From NCBI GenBank assembly GCA_964571635.1, contig CAZNCN010000003.1:28007-92006 (forward strand): 64,000 nucleotides of DNA, in the 5' to 3' direction. A program made the translations under genes and the position numbers. The notes under the pieces are model-generated. The model was not told where the DNA came from, did no database searches, and worked only from the letters and a program-made list of their open reading frames with translations. This document shows positions 38,731 through 47,339 of this stretch, in pieces; within the stretch, counting starts at the first letter, position 1; each line of letters begins with the position of its first letter. Source of the stretch: an uncultured Ruminococcus sp. Its GTDB lineage: Bacteria; Bacillota; Clostridia; Oscillospirales; CAG-382.

Positions 38731-39350
38731 GTGACAGCTATATCACACTCGCCTCGGCAGCATCAAGCTCGTTCGTCGAGCGCAGAAGCGAGTTTATCGG
38801 CAATGTCATGCCGATAAAGGACGAGCAAGAGGCACTGAAATTCATATCAGAGATAAAATCAAAATATTCCGATGCACGTCACAATGTTTGGGCGTATATT
38901 CTCAGAGACAACAATATATCGCGTTTCAGCGATGACGGAGAGCCTCACGGCACGGCAGGTCTGCCTGTGCTTGACGTATTGCGCAAAAGCGGCATAACAG
39001 ATGCAGCGGTCGTTGTCACAAGATATTTCGGCGGTATTCTGCTCGGCGCAGGCGGTCTTGTGCGTGCTTATACAAAGGCTGCTTCGGATGCAGTCGCCGC
39101 AGCAGGCTGCAAGACTGTGCGTGAGCTGTGCCGCATGAATATCATTCTCAGCTATCAGGATAACTCAAAATGCGAGCAATTATTCTCGTCGGTCGAATGC
39201 CGCATGGCAGACAGGCAGTTTGCAGACAACGTCACCACCACCCTGCTTATAGAGCAAAATGACATTCCCGCTTTGCAAAAAAGGCTGACGGACGCAACGT
39301 CAGGCAGAGCAATATTTGAAATTTTGGGCAGCGAATATGGTGTAATATGA
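38727..39350 (+). CDS. YigZ/IMPACT-family protein
   Basis: It shows the pattern RSEFIG...DARHNVWAY...DDGEPHGTAG.P, and has an ATGA overlap with lysC. Confidence 0.8.
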   Translation: MSDSYITLASAASSSFVERRSEFIGNVMPIKDEQEALKFISEIKSKYSDARHNVWAYILRDNNISRFSDDGEPHGTAGLPVLDVLRKSGITDAAVVVTRYFGGILLGAGGLVRAYTKAASDAVAAAGCKTVRELCRMNIILSYQDNSKCEQLFSSVECRMADRQFADNVTTTLLIEQNDIPALQKRLTDATSGRAIFEILGSEYGVI

Positions 39351-39445
39351 CCAACATGCACAAAATAGTGACAAAAAGCACTTGCAAACAAGCAAGGATT
39401 GTTGTATAATACGATATAACGAAGTCCAAGGAGGGGTATAGTTTT

Positions 39446-39706
39446 ATGAACAACAAAAAGACAAAGACCACGGTGTTTAACGCTGCCGATGTCGCAAGCC
39501 TCGAAATGCACGCAAATATGCTCGAGGTCTATCACTCTTTGCTCGAAAAGGGCTATAACCCCATCAATCAGATCGTCGGATATATCCTGACTGAAGATCC
39601 GACGTATATCACCAACCACAAAAACGCACGTGTCACCATCAGCAAGGTCGACCGTGACAAGCTTTTGGCAGAGATGCTCAAAGAGTATCTGCAGATTGAC
39701 AAATAA
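39446..39706 (+). CDS. ireB: IreB-family regulatory phosphoprotein (UPF0297)
   Basis: The motifs [20 protein letters not shown] and [12 protein letters not shown] are present, with an AAGGAGG RBS. Confidence 0.85.
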   Translation: MNNKKTKTTVFNAADVASLEMHANMLEVYHSLLEKGYNPINQIVGYILTEDPTYITNHKNARVTISKVDRDKLLAEMLKEYLQIDK

Positions 39707-39744
39707 GCATATCGTGGTTATTATTTATCAAGAAAGGATCTATT

Positions 39745-40032
39745 ATGGCAGAAATAAAGACATTGACATATCGCGGCAAGCCGCTCGTCAGACAAGGCAA
39801 CTTTTTGTTTTACGGCTTCCCCGATGACAAGGCAATATTATTCATGAGCGTTCTCGAGAGCAAAAAGGTCGGCGATGTCGACATCGCCACCAGAATTTTG
39901 GTGCAGATCCAGTCGACCGACGATTCGCTCAGCTATAACCAAAAGATTATCAAGCAGGTCGAAAAGCAAAATTTCTTTGACGCCTTTGAGATCGGTTCTA
40001 TTTGGCTCGAGAGAGAATTGAGCAAAAAATAA
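39745..40032 (+). CDS. Hypothetical protein (95 aa)
   Basis: The ORF has coding-like composition and a plausible RBS. I recognise no motif. Confidence 0.5.
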   Translation: MAEIKTLTYRGKPLVRQGNFLFYGFPDDKAILFMSVLESKKVGDVDIATRILVQIQSTDDSLSYNQKIIKQVEKQNFFDAFEIGSIWLERELSKK

Positions 40033-40084
40033 ATATATTTACAATTTTTACAGACATATGGATCTGCCGCCTGCATAAGATCAC

Positions 40085-40285
40085 GCGGCATTTGTGGGGG
40101 AAGTTCGGTGCAAACCCGACGCAACCGCCATTACCGTTACAGTCGGAATACCCACCCTTTTGTCTGCGGCAAGCCTTGCAGCATACGCTGCAACATTTTT
40201 GGGCATGAAGAGTGCAGCCGCTTAGTCATTACGCCGCCTTGAGGGTTTTGGGTCGACGCTTTTTTGCTGCAGCACTCCCCACATT
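40085..40285 (+). promoter_or_regulatory. Candidate cobalamin (B12) riboswitch
   Basis: The core GGGAAGTTCGGTGCAAACCCGACGC matches the GGGAA-GGTG-AA-CC-GC consensus. A B12-box-like AGTCGGAATACC is present. TGTGGG/CCCAC can close the core, and CCCCACA at 40276 offers an alternative pairing. DUF4430 genes lie downstream. Confidence 0.5.
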
Positions 40286-40405
40286 GCGGTCCTTTGGCTT
40301 GGCAGTCTGCGCTTTTTGTTATCTCGTTATGAGCATGACAAAAGGCGCTTTTTGATTTATAACTTTGATTTATAATTTTAATTCATAAAAAACAAGGAGC
40401 AAAAA

Positions 40406-41203
40406 ATGAAAAAAAACATTTCGATCATCTCGATCATCACGGCAGTCGTGCTGCTTGCGGCAATGCTTTCGCTCTCGCTGACGGTCAGTGCAGAGTCTGA
40501 CAGCATTTCGGTAACTGTCACGATTTCAAACGCAGGCGAGCTGGTGCTCACCGCAACACCTGTCACTGTGACAGATGCTGACGGCGACGGCAAGTTCACT
40601 GTCAACGACGCACTTCTTTGCGCTCATATCGCGCATTATAAGGACGGCGCAAGCGGCTATAAGTCTGAGGATTCGGGCTTTGGCCTGTCGCTTGCAACAC
40701 TTTGGGGCGTCAGCAACGGCGGCTCTTATGGCTATTATCTCAACAACAAGTCCTGCATGTCGCTTGCCGACGAAATAAGTCAGGGCGATTCGCTTTATGC
40801 CTTCAGCTATAAGGATCTCACCGCCTGGTCTGATATGTACGCTTATTTTGAATCCGAAAAGACCGCAGACGGCGTTACTTTGACACTCAAGGCAGCAGGC
40901 TATGACGAAAACTGGGCACCTGTCACGCTCGACGTTTCGGGTGCGGTCATCACCGTCGACGGCAAAGAGACCGAATATGTCACAGATGCAAACGGCAAGG
41001 TAACTGTTCCTTTCAGTGCAGAAAGCGGCAGGCATGTCATCAGTGCCGTTTCGGCTGACAAAACCATCACACCGCCCGTGTATGCCTATACTGTCGGCGC
41101 AACCGGCGATAACGGTATTGCTTTAGCGGCAATGCTCGCCCTCTTTGCCCTCTGTGCTGCATGCACTGCAGCAAAAGCGCTCAAAAGCACAGGCAGAGCA
41201 TGA
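40406..41203 (+). CDS. DUF4430-domain surface protein with C-terminal membrane anchor
   Basis: It has a signal peptide. The DUF4430-like pattern is GGSYGYYLNNKSCMSLADEISQGDSLYAFSY. A hydrophobic C-terminal tail is followed by basic residues. Confidence 0.65.
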   Translation: MKKNISIISIITAVVLLAAMLSLSLTVSAESDSISVTVTISNAGELVLTATPVTVTDADGDGKFTVNDALLCAHIAHYKDGASGYKSEDSGFGLSLATLWGVSNGGSYGYYLNNKSCMSLADEISQGDSLYAFSYKDLTAWSDMYAYFESEKTADGVTLTLKAAGYDENWAPVTLDVSGAVITVDGKETEYVTDANGKVTVPFSAESGRHVISAVSADKTITPPVYAYTVGATGDNGIALAAMLALFALCAACTAAKALKSTGRA

Positions 41204-42744
41204 AGCATTCAAAAGCTCTCATAGCTCTCACGGCATTATTAGCAGCAGTCTTGATCGTGCCCTTTGTCGTTCTGGCAGAGGGCACAATATTTGACAGCGT
41301 CAGGGGTGACAGGACGGTTGACGAATGGTTTGCGTCCGATGTCGTTCCAAACGCAGGCAAAGGCGCAGAATGGTATATTTTCGCCCTCAAAATGGCTGAC
41401 ATTGAAATAGACGGCGAAGCATACCTCGCGCGCCTTGACGATTATTTAAACAACAACACTTTAGGTGCAGTTGCTTATCAGCGCTGTGCACTCGCTTCGC
41501 TCGCTTTGGGCAAAGAGGATGATAATACAGTCGACAGCACGATAGGCAAGGGCGGCATAATGAGCCATGTGTTTGCTTTGCATCTGCTAAACAACGGTGC
41601 TTTGTCGGCAGAGCACACTGCAGGCTCTGTCGTGCAAAAATTGACAGAAATGCAGAACGAGGACGGCGGCTGGTCACTCGGCGGCAAAAGCTCGGATGTT
41701 GACGTTACGGCAATGACATTGCAGGCGCTGGCAATCCACAAGGCCGATATAAGCGAAAATATTGACAAAGCGCTTGATTTCCTCGCCGCCTCAAGATGCG
41801 ACGACGGCGGCTTTGCAAGCTATGGCACAGAAAACTGCGAGAGCGCTTCGATGGTCATGCTTGCACTCGCAGCACTCGAAATCGACGACGATATGCGCTT
41901 TGACAATATCGACGAGGTCATAGAGCGTTATGCGGTCGACGGCGGATACAGCCACACTGTCGGCGATGCCAAAAGCAGCATTGCCACTGTTCAGGCATTA
42001 TGTGCAAAGGCGGCACGAATATGCAGACAGAACGGCTCTAAACCGTTTATCTTTGAGTCAAAGGCAAGCGATGACGAAAGCAAAAATGACGAGAGCTCTG
42101 TGGCAAGTTCTGAAACTTCGAGAGTCATAGAATCGTCAGAAGTACCGGAAGTATCAGAAGTATCAGGAATATCTGACAATACGGATATTTCGGAAATCCC
42201 GGAATCTCAAGACAAAATGACCTTCAAGCAGGTTTTGTGCATAGTCATCGCCGGAATCTCGCTTTTGGCTATCACGGTACTGCTGATAAAAAAGAAATAT
42301 AAAAACGCGCTCGCCGTGCTCGCAGCCGCAATAGTCCTTTTTGCTGCCGTTTTGATATTGAACATCGAAACGCCCGACGAACATTTCAAGACAGAGTCAA
42401 GGCAATATCAATATTCTGCAACATTCGCGATATACTGCGATGCGATAACCATAGAGCCCGTTCCCTATGACGGTGTCGTGATCGGCGAGTGCATCATAGG
42501 CTTTGACGAAGGTGAATCTGTCTGCGACATATTAAAGCGTGCCGCAAAGCAAAGCGGCATAACAATCGACGGAACAGAATATGTACGCTCGATAGGCACG
42601 CTGTCAGAAATGCAGTATGGCCCGCTCTCCGGCTGGGTCTATTCTGTCGGCGGCAAATATCCTGCCGTGCCCTGCACCGAATATTTTCCTGCAGACGGCG
42701 ACGTGATAATCTGGCGCTATACCGTCGGCGAAATATTTGACTGA
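41200..42744 (+). CDS. Transcobalamin-like two-domain membrane protein (prenyltransferase-like alpha/alpha toroid + TM hairpin + DUF4430)
   Basis: It has an ATGA overlap with the upstream gene. Toroid repeats are NEDGGWS, CDDGGFAS and VDGGYSH. An S/E-rich linker and two TM segments follow. The C-terminal DUF4430 region is LSGWVYSVGGKYP...ADGDVIIWRY. Confidence 0.65.
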   Translation: MKHSKALIALTALLAAVLIVPFVVLAEGTIFDSVRGDRTVDEWFASDVVPNAGKGAEWYIFALKMADIEIDGEAYLARLDDYLNNNTLGAVAYQRCALASLALGKEDDNTVDSTIGKGGIMSHVFALHLLNNGALSAEHTAGSVVQKLTEMQNEDGGWSLGGKSSDVDVTAMTLQALAIHKADISENIDKALDFLAASRCDDGGFASYGTENCESASMVMLALAALEIDDDMRFDNIDEVIERYAVDGGYSHTVGDAKSSIATVQALCAKAARICRQNGSKPFIFESKASDDESKNDESSVASSETSRVIESSEVPEVSEVSGISDNTDISEIPESQDKMTFKQVLCIVIAGISLLAITVLLIKKKYKNALAVLAAAIVLFAAVLILNIETPDEHFKTESRQYQYSATFAIYCDAITIEPVPYDGVVIGECIIGFDEGESVCDILKRAAKQSGITIDGTEYVRSIGTLSEMQYGPLSGWVYSVGGKYPAVPCTEYFPADGDVIIWRYTVGEIFD

Positions 42745-42773
42745 CTTTGATGCGGCAATGAAGGCAATAAAAA

Positions 42774-42812
42774 CGAGAGTGCCAACAACTTTTGGACGCT
42801 CTCGATTTTTTT
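42774..42812 (+). terminator. Intrinsic terminator after the DUF4430 operon
   Basis: CGAGAGTG/CGCTCTCG stem followed by seven T residues. Confidence 0.7.
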
Positions 42813-42815
42813 GTC

Positions 42816-42844
42816 TTGACAAAATAGCCTCTCGGCGTTATAAT
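42816..42844 (+). promoter_or_regulatory. Consensus sigma-A promoter for tRNA-Arg
   Basis: TTGACA, 17-nt spacer, TATAAT (perfect consensus). Confidence 0.65.
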
Positions 42845-42861
42845 CACTGTTGCAGATAAAC

Positions 42862-42933
42862 GCCTGCATAGTTAAATGGATATAATAAACCCCTCCTAAG
42901 GGTTAGTTGTGGGTTCGATTCCCGCTGCGGGTG
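42862..42933 (+). tRNA. tRNA-Arg (anticodon CCU)
   Basis: A manual cloverleaf gives acceptor GCCTGCA/TGCGGGT (two G-U pairs), anticodon stem AACCC/GGGTT with loop CTCCTAA, and T arm GTGGG-TTCGATT-CCCGC. Confidence 0.75.
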
Positions 42934-42934
42934 T

Positions 42935-42966
42935 AAAAAACGGCTTGAATTTTCAAGCCGTTTTTG
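42935..42966 (+). terminator. Intrinsic terminator after tRNA-Arg
   Basis: CGGCTTGAA/TTCAAGCCG stem followed by TTTTT. Confidence 0.8.
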
Positions 42967-43106
42967 TATTATGCGGTTATAGAAGCGCCGTGCTTTGCTA
43001 TGAACACAGCGACAATATCAGCGCAGACAACAGGCACGCCGCACCGGACTTTTCTTTGTTCGATGCCGCTTGTCCGTTCTCATTAAGCAACCTCAAATAT
43101 ATTGCA

Positions 43107-43727
43107 TCAGGTATTCTTCATTATGACCTGAGTGATGACATCGGCGGCGTGCTCGCAGAGGTCGCAGCAATCCTCGAGTCCTTCATAAACTGCCTTGCCG
43201 CAGAGCAAGGTCTTTGCGTCTGCATCAGTACCGAAAAGCTCGTATATCGCATCGGTATATACATCGTCTGCCTCGCATTCGATGTCGTTGACCTTGACGA
43301 TCTTGCTGCGCAATGTTTCGGGCTTTTTAAAGTTCTTGAGCTCGTCGGTTGCCTCATAAAGTGCATTGACGCATTTGTTGACAAGGCGCGACATATCGGC
43401 AGTGCGTGCGGGAACACGATCGACACGGTACATATAGATGTCGAGTATGACCTCGTCGAGCGCGTCTGTGATGTCGTCGATTATCTGAACGAGGCGCAGG
43501 ATATCCTCTTGGTCGATCGGAGTAATAAACTCCGTCATAAGGCTGTTTAAAATATCGTGGTGTATCTCGTCACCTTTATGCTCAACAGCGTGCATCTGAG
43601 CGCGATATTCGGCGAGATCCTTGACATCAAACTTGCACAAGATCTCTTCGAGCAGGTTGGATGCCTCAACACAATACGAGGCTTGCTTTTTGATGAGTTC
43701 AAAATAGTTGTTGCTTTTTTTAGCCAT
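43107..43727 (-). CDS. DUF47-family protein (PhoU-like phosphate transport regulator)
   Basis: The motifs HAVEHKGDEIHHDI and FITPIDQEDI are present. It lies downstream of pit. Confidence 0.8.
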   Translation of the reverse strand: MAKKSNNYFELIKKQASYCVEASNLLEEILCKFDVKDLAEYRAQMHAVEHKGDEIHHDILNSLMTEFITPIDQEDILRLVQIIDDITDALDEVILDIYMYRVDRVPARTADMSRLVNKCVNALYEATDELKNFKKPETLRSKIVKVNDIECEADDVYTDAIYELFGTDADAKTLLCGKAVYEGLEDCCDLCEHAADVITQVIMKNT

Positions 43728-43748
43728 TTTAAATATCTCCTATGCAAA

Positions 43749-44795
43749 TCATGCAAATAATAACAGGAACAGCTTAGCCATCAAAAATCCGAGCAGGCCG
43801 CACCCCGGGAATGTGCATACCCATGTCAAAACGAGATCCTTTACGACGCTCCAGTTGACATTGCTGATACGCCTTGCAGCGCCGACACCCATGATGGCAG
43901 TCGTCTTTGTGTGGGTGGTGCTGACAGGAATGCCTGTCAACGAAGAAAGCAAGAGGCAGAGCGTTGCCGAAAAGTCTGCGGCGAAGCCCTGATACGGTTT
44001 CAGCTTGACCATGTCCATGCCGACAGACTTGATTATGCGATAGCCGCCTATCGATGTACCGAGTCCCATGACTGCAGAGCAGACCACCATCAGCCATATA
44101 GGAACGACAAACGTGACGTCGGCCTGTCCGTTCGCCATAGCAGCACCGAGCAGGAATATCGCCATAAACTTCTGACCGTCCTGTGCGCCGTGCATAAATG
44201 CCATTGCAGCACCGCCTGCGATCTGAGCACCTGCAAAAAAGCGTTCTGATTTTAATCTGTTTTTGTTGCGGAATATGAGCACCGTGAGCTTTGAGCACAA
44301 AAAGCCGAGTACAAAGCCGAGCACGGTCGAAAGCACTATGCCGTATACGACCTTGATCCATTCATCACCGTTGATGCCGTCAAAGCTGTTTTGAATGGCG
44401 ACCGCAGCGCCCGAAACGCCTGCGATCAGCGCGTGGCTCTCGCTGGTCGGTATGCCAAAATACCACGCCACCGTCGCCCAGATGACTATTGCAGCCATCG
44501 CCGCACACAATGCTATCAGCGCCGTACGCGGATCACCGCCGAAATCCACCATATTATAAATAGTGTAAGCGACCGAGGGGTTTATCGACGTCATAACAAG
44601 CACGCCGAGGAAGTTGAATATCGCCGCCATAACTATCGCGGCACGCGCTCCGATAGCCCTTGTCGAAACACACGTCGCTATCGCGTTTGGTGCGTCGGTC
44701 CAGCCGTTGACCAATATAACACCGAGCGTCAAAACAGTCGATATCAACAGCATGGGATTTTCAATCATCTGACTCAAAAATACGCCTAAATCCAT
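43749..44795 (-). CDS. pit: Inorganic phosphate transporter, PiT family
   Basis: PHO4 motifs GWTDAPNAIAT and GIPVSTTH are present. The product is polytopic. Confidence 0.9.
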   Translation of the reverse strand: MDLGVFLSQMIENPMLLISTVLTLGVILVNGWTDAPNAIATCVSTRAIGARAAIVMAAIFNFLGVLVMTSINPSVAYTIYNMVDFGGDPRTALIALCAAMAAIVIWATVAWYFGIPTSESHALIAGVSGAAVAIQNSFDGINGDEWIKVVYGIVLSTVLGFVLGFLCSKLTVLIFRNKNRLKSERFFAGAQIAGGAAMAFMHGAQDGQKFMAIFLLGAAMANGQADVTFVVPIWLMVVCSAVMGLGTSIGGYRIIKSVGMDMVKLKPYQGFAADFSATLCLLLSSLTGIPVSTTHTKTTAIMGVGAARRISNVNWSVVKDLVLTWVCTFPGCGLLGFLMAKLFLLLFA

Positions 44796-44958
44796 AATGT
44801 CCCTCCGTATAAAGCATTAAGGGTGTTCGTGCAAAATCCGACATTATACCTGATTATAGCATAGATGTTTGAAAAATACAACAAAAATATTCAGAGGTTG
44901 CAAAACACATCGTGCTATGGTATAATGATACAAACAAACTTAAAAAGGAGTTTATAAA

Positions 44959-46428
44959 GTGAAGAAAATTACCGCTATTCTTTTGACTCTTGTCATGTCT
45001 CTTGCCGTGCTTGCACTCGCAGCCTGCCAGCCTGCAGAGCAGAACATAAAGCAAAAGCTGCTATCAGACCTAAAAGAATACCAAAACGTCAACCTCACCG
45101 AAAGGATCGACTCGTCAAGCCTCTTGGGCACCGCTTATAACGCACAGCTCAATATAACCGAGCTCACCGCAGGCGGCGAAGAGAACCTTTTGCCCTCGGG
45201 TCTGACTCTCGGCTATTCGACAGTCACAGACACCAACGGCTCAAAGCAAAATATTACATTCGGACTTGGTGACGACGCCCTCAAGCTCGATGCCATAATA
45301 AGCACAGACAGCAAGATGTATATACAGCTTGACGGCAAATCAGAGTTTTTCAGCTACAGCACGCTCGAAAACACAGACTTCGACGCAGACATAAATACCG
45401 CATTCGATGCCAAGAACGATCTGCAGCCCATTTATGATGCGATACTCAAATACGCCATCGCATTCGCAGAAGCTATTCCCGACACCGCCATCGACACCGA
45501 AGACGGCTATAGCATCAAGATAACCGAGGCAGACGTCAAAGCGATGCTTGGCTCTGTCATCGACACCCTCAAGGTCGACGAAGATGTCAAAGCGCTCATC
45601 GTCAAGTATGCGGGTCAAGAGGGCTATGACAGCTTTATCGCAGAGCTTGATACCGAAGACATCGACCTCGGCGAGGTCGAGCTGACTGTAAAAGAGACAG
45701 AAGCCGACGGTGCCGAAGTCACCACCACGGCATTCAAATATGACGGCACGAAGCTCGAGATTGTTTCGACCGAAAAGGACGACCATTCCACCGTCACTGT
45801 CAAGTTCACCGACGAGGACGAAAACAGCTTTGAAGCCACCTACGGCAAAAAAGGCGCAAAGGGCGAGGAGCAGTGCGAGTTCTCGCTCAAGTCAGAGGAC
45901 ATAAACATCGATTACTCGTCCGACAAAAAAGCAGACAAGACAGCGCTCAAGCTTGACATAGGCGAAGCATTCACGCTCACCTATTCGCGTGACAAAGCAG
46001 CAATCAACGCAAAAATACTCGTAGGCGACGAGAGCGGCGAAAAATCAGAGATACTCAGCATGGTATCATCCTCAAAGACCGAGGGCGACATCATCACTGC
46101 AGAAACCACCGTCAGCATCAGCTCTGAGGGCGTGATACTGCCTGTCAAGATCATGAGCACCGTCAACACCAAGGATGGCACTCTTTCGGGCACGCTTGAT
46201 TTTGAAGCGCTCGGACTCAAGGCAGAGTTCTCTGCTTCGCAGAGCGAGAGCACCCAAAAGGTAACTATTCCCGAGAATGCAACCGAGATCATCGGCGAAA
46301 CGGGCGAGGGCATTGCGACATTCATGGAAGCACTTCAGGAAATGCTCGAAGATCACCCCGACATCGCCTTGTTCTTCTCTCAGTTCGGCGGTATTAAAGG
46401 CGACGCTCAGCCAGACACCGAGTTTTAA
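44959..46428 (+). CDS. Hypothetical lipoprotein (489 aa)
   Basis: It has a GTG start with an AAGGAG RBS and a signal peptide with the lipobox LALAAC. The mature part is acidic and T/E/D-rich. Confidence 0.7.
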   Translation: MKKITAILLTLVMSLAVLALAACQPAEQNIKQKLLSDLKEYQNVNLTERIDSSSLLGTAYNAQLNITELTAGGEENLLPSGLTLGYSTVTDTNGSKQNITFGLGDDALKLDAIISTDSKMYIQLDGKSEFFSYSTLENTDFDADINTAFDAKNDLQPIYDAILKYAIAFAEAIPDTAIDTEDGYSIKITEADVKAMLGSVIDTLKVDEDVKALIVKYAGQEGYDSFIAELDTEDIDLGEVELTVKETEADGAEVTTTAFKYDGTKLEIVSTEKDDHSTVTVKFTDEDENSFEATYGKKGAKGEEQCEFSLKSEDINIDYSSDKKADKTALKLDIGEAFTLTYSRDKAAINAKILVGDESGEKSEILSMVSSSKTEGDIITAETTVSISSEGVILPVKIMSTVNTKDGTLSGTLDFEALGLKAEFSASQSESTQKVTIPENATEIIGETGEGIATFMEALQEMLEDHPDIALFFSQFGGIKGDAQPDTEF

Positions 46429-47108
46429 TCGAGTAGGAAGCTAACCATTACTTGATCAGCTGTCCTCTCACACCACCGTGCGTACCGATCGGTACACGGC
46501 GGTTCAATCATAAACAGTGCAGAGACTTGTATGCCTCGGATATGTCATAGTATCCGCGGTGTGCAAGTCTTTTGTTTGTTATGGTGTGAGTTAATATCAT
46601 CCGCATACTCCTTCACTTTGAGGATTGCATCCTTTGCACTTCTGTGCGGTCTGTAGCCGTAGCTTGCTATGCAATTTACGGATTGTATGACATGATCAGT
46701 CGCATTAATCGTCCACCCCTTCCCTCCGTGGTGATTAGTCACTTCTTCGGTACTATGAGCGGAGCTGACTTCTGCAAGTTCAACCGCTGCCTTTCGACAC
46801 GGCTTACTCCTATGGGAAGTTAGGAGCGTACCTTGCAGACCTCCTCGGGTAAGCGTTACCACCTTCACCTCATATATCTGCTGCATTTACACCCTGAAAT
46901 TCGGGCAGTATCGGACTTCGTTTTGTACTGGAAACTCGTCCGTTTCAAAATGCCTTATATGCGATTTCTGTTCGTCAGACCGAGGTTTTGCCGCCGACTT
47001 CCTTCAGACTCCACCTCACGATGGACACCATTGTCTTTGGCTAACAGTTCCTACTGCCAAGTCTGTAGCGGACTTTCACCGCCAAGTGGTAACACATGCC
47101 AAGCGCAC
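46428..47108 (-). mobile_element. Degenerate class C (IIC) group II intron, about 680 nt, with the IEP ORF largely deleted
   Basis: The minus strand starts GTGCG at 47108, 6 nt after the U-tract of the tRNA-Leu terminator. Domain V (46480-46511) has 9 bp, a 2-nt bulge, 4 bp and a tetraloop, with a CGC triad whose G pairs with U. Domain VI has a bulged A 7 nt before a terminal AT. The 3' boundary is uncertain by a few nt. Confidence 0.75.
46545..46886 (-). pseudogene. Remnant of group II intron reverse transcriptase/maturase
   Basis: The ORF contains GGKGWTINATDHVIQSV...SYGYRPHRSAKDAILKV, which matches the RT0/RT1 region. The rest of RT, the X domain and the En domain are absent. Confidence 0.7.
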
Positions 47109-47114
47109 AGCAAC

Positions 47115-47152
47115 AAAAAAAATCGACATCGCGATGCGATGTCGATTTTTTT
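47115..47152 (-). terminator. Intrinsic terminator of tRNA-Leu (target site of the intron)
   Basis: A 10-bp stem TCGACATCGC/GCGATGTCGA with a 3-nt loop is followed by eight U residues on the minus strand. Confidence 0.85.
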
Positions 47153-47153
47153 A

Positions 47154-47237
47154 TGCGGGTAATAGGACTTGAACCTACACGAAGTCGCCCTCACTAGAAC
47201 CTGAATCTAGCGCGTCTGCCAATTCCGCCATACCCGC
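47154..47237 (-). tRNA. tRNA-Leu (anticodon CAG)
   Basis: The acceptor is GCGGGTA/TACCCGC. The anticodon stem CTAGA/TCTAG has loop TTCAGGT. It has a long variable arm and a GGTTCAAGTCC T arm. Confidence 0.9.
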
Positions 47238-47291
47238 GAATATATGCGTGCCGATCGTGAAAACAGTTGCTTCTCTTCACGGCGCTTTGCG

Positions 47292-47320
47292 ATTATAGCA
47301 CAAACGGCGGCGGTTGTCAA
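47292..47320 (-). promoter_or_regulatory. Consensus sigma-A promoter for tRNA-Leu
   Basis: On the minus strand: TTGACA, 17-nt spacer, TATAAT, with TGc at the extended -10 position. Confidence 0.65.
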
Positions 47321-47339
47321 TAGATTTTTGCCAATTCAA

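Noticed and set aside
42909-43550. A 213-aa plus-strand ORF starting inside tRNA-Arg and running antisense to the DUF47 gene.
   Set aside because: It begins within the tRNA and terminator. The DUF47 motifs (HKGDEIHH, FITPIDQEDI) are on the minus strand.
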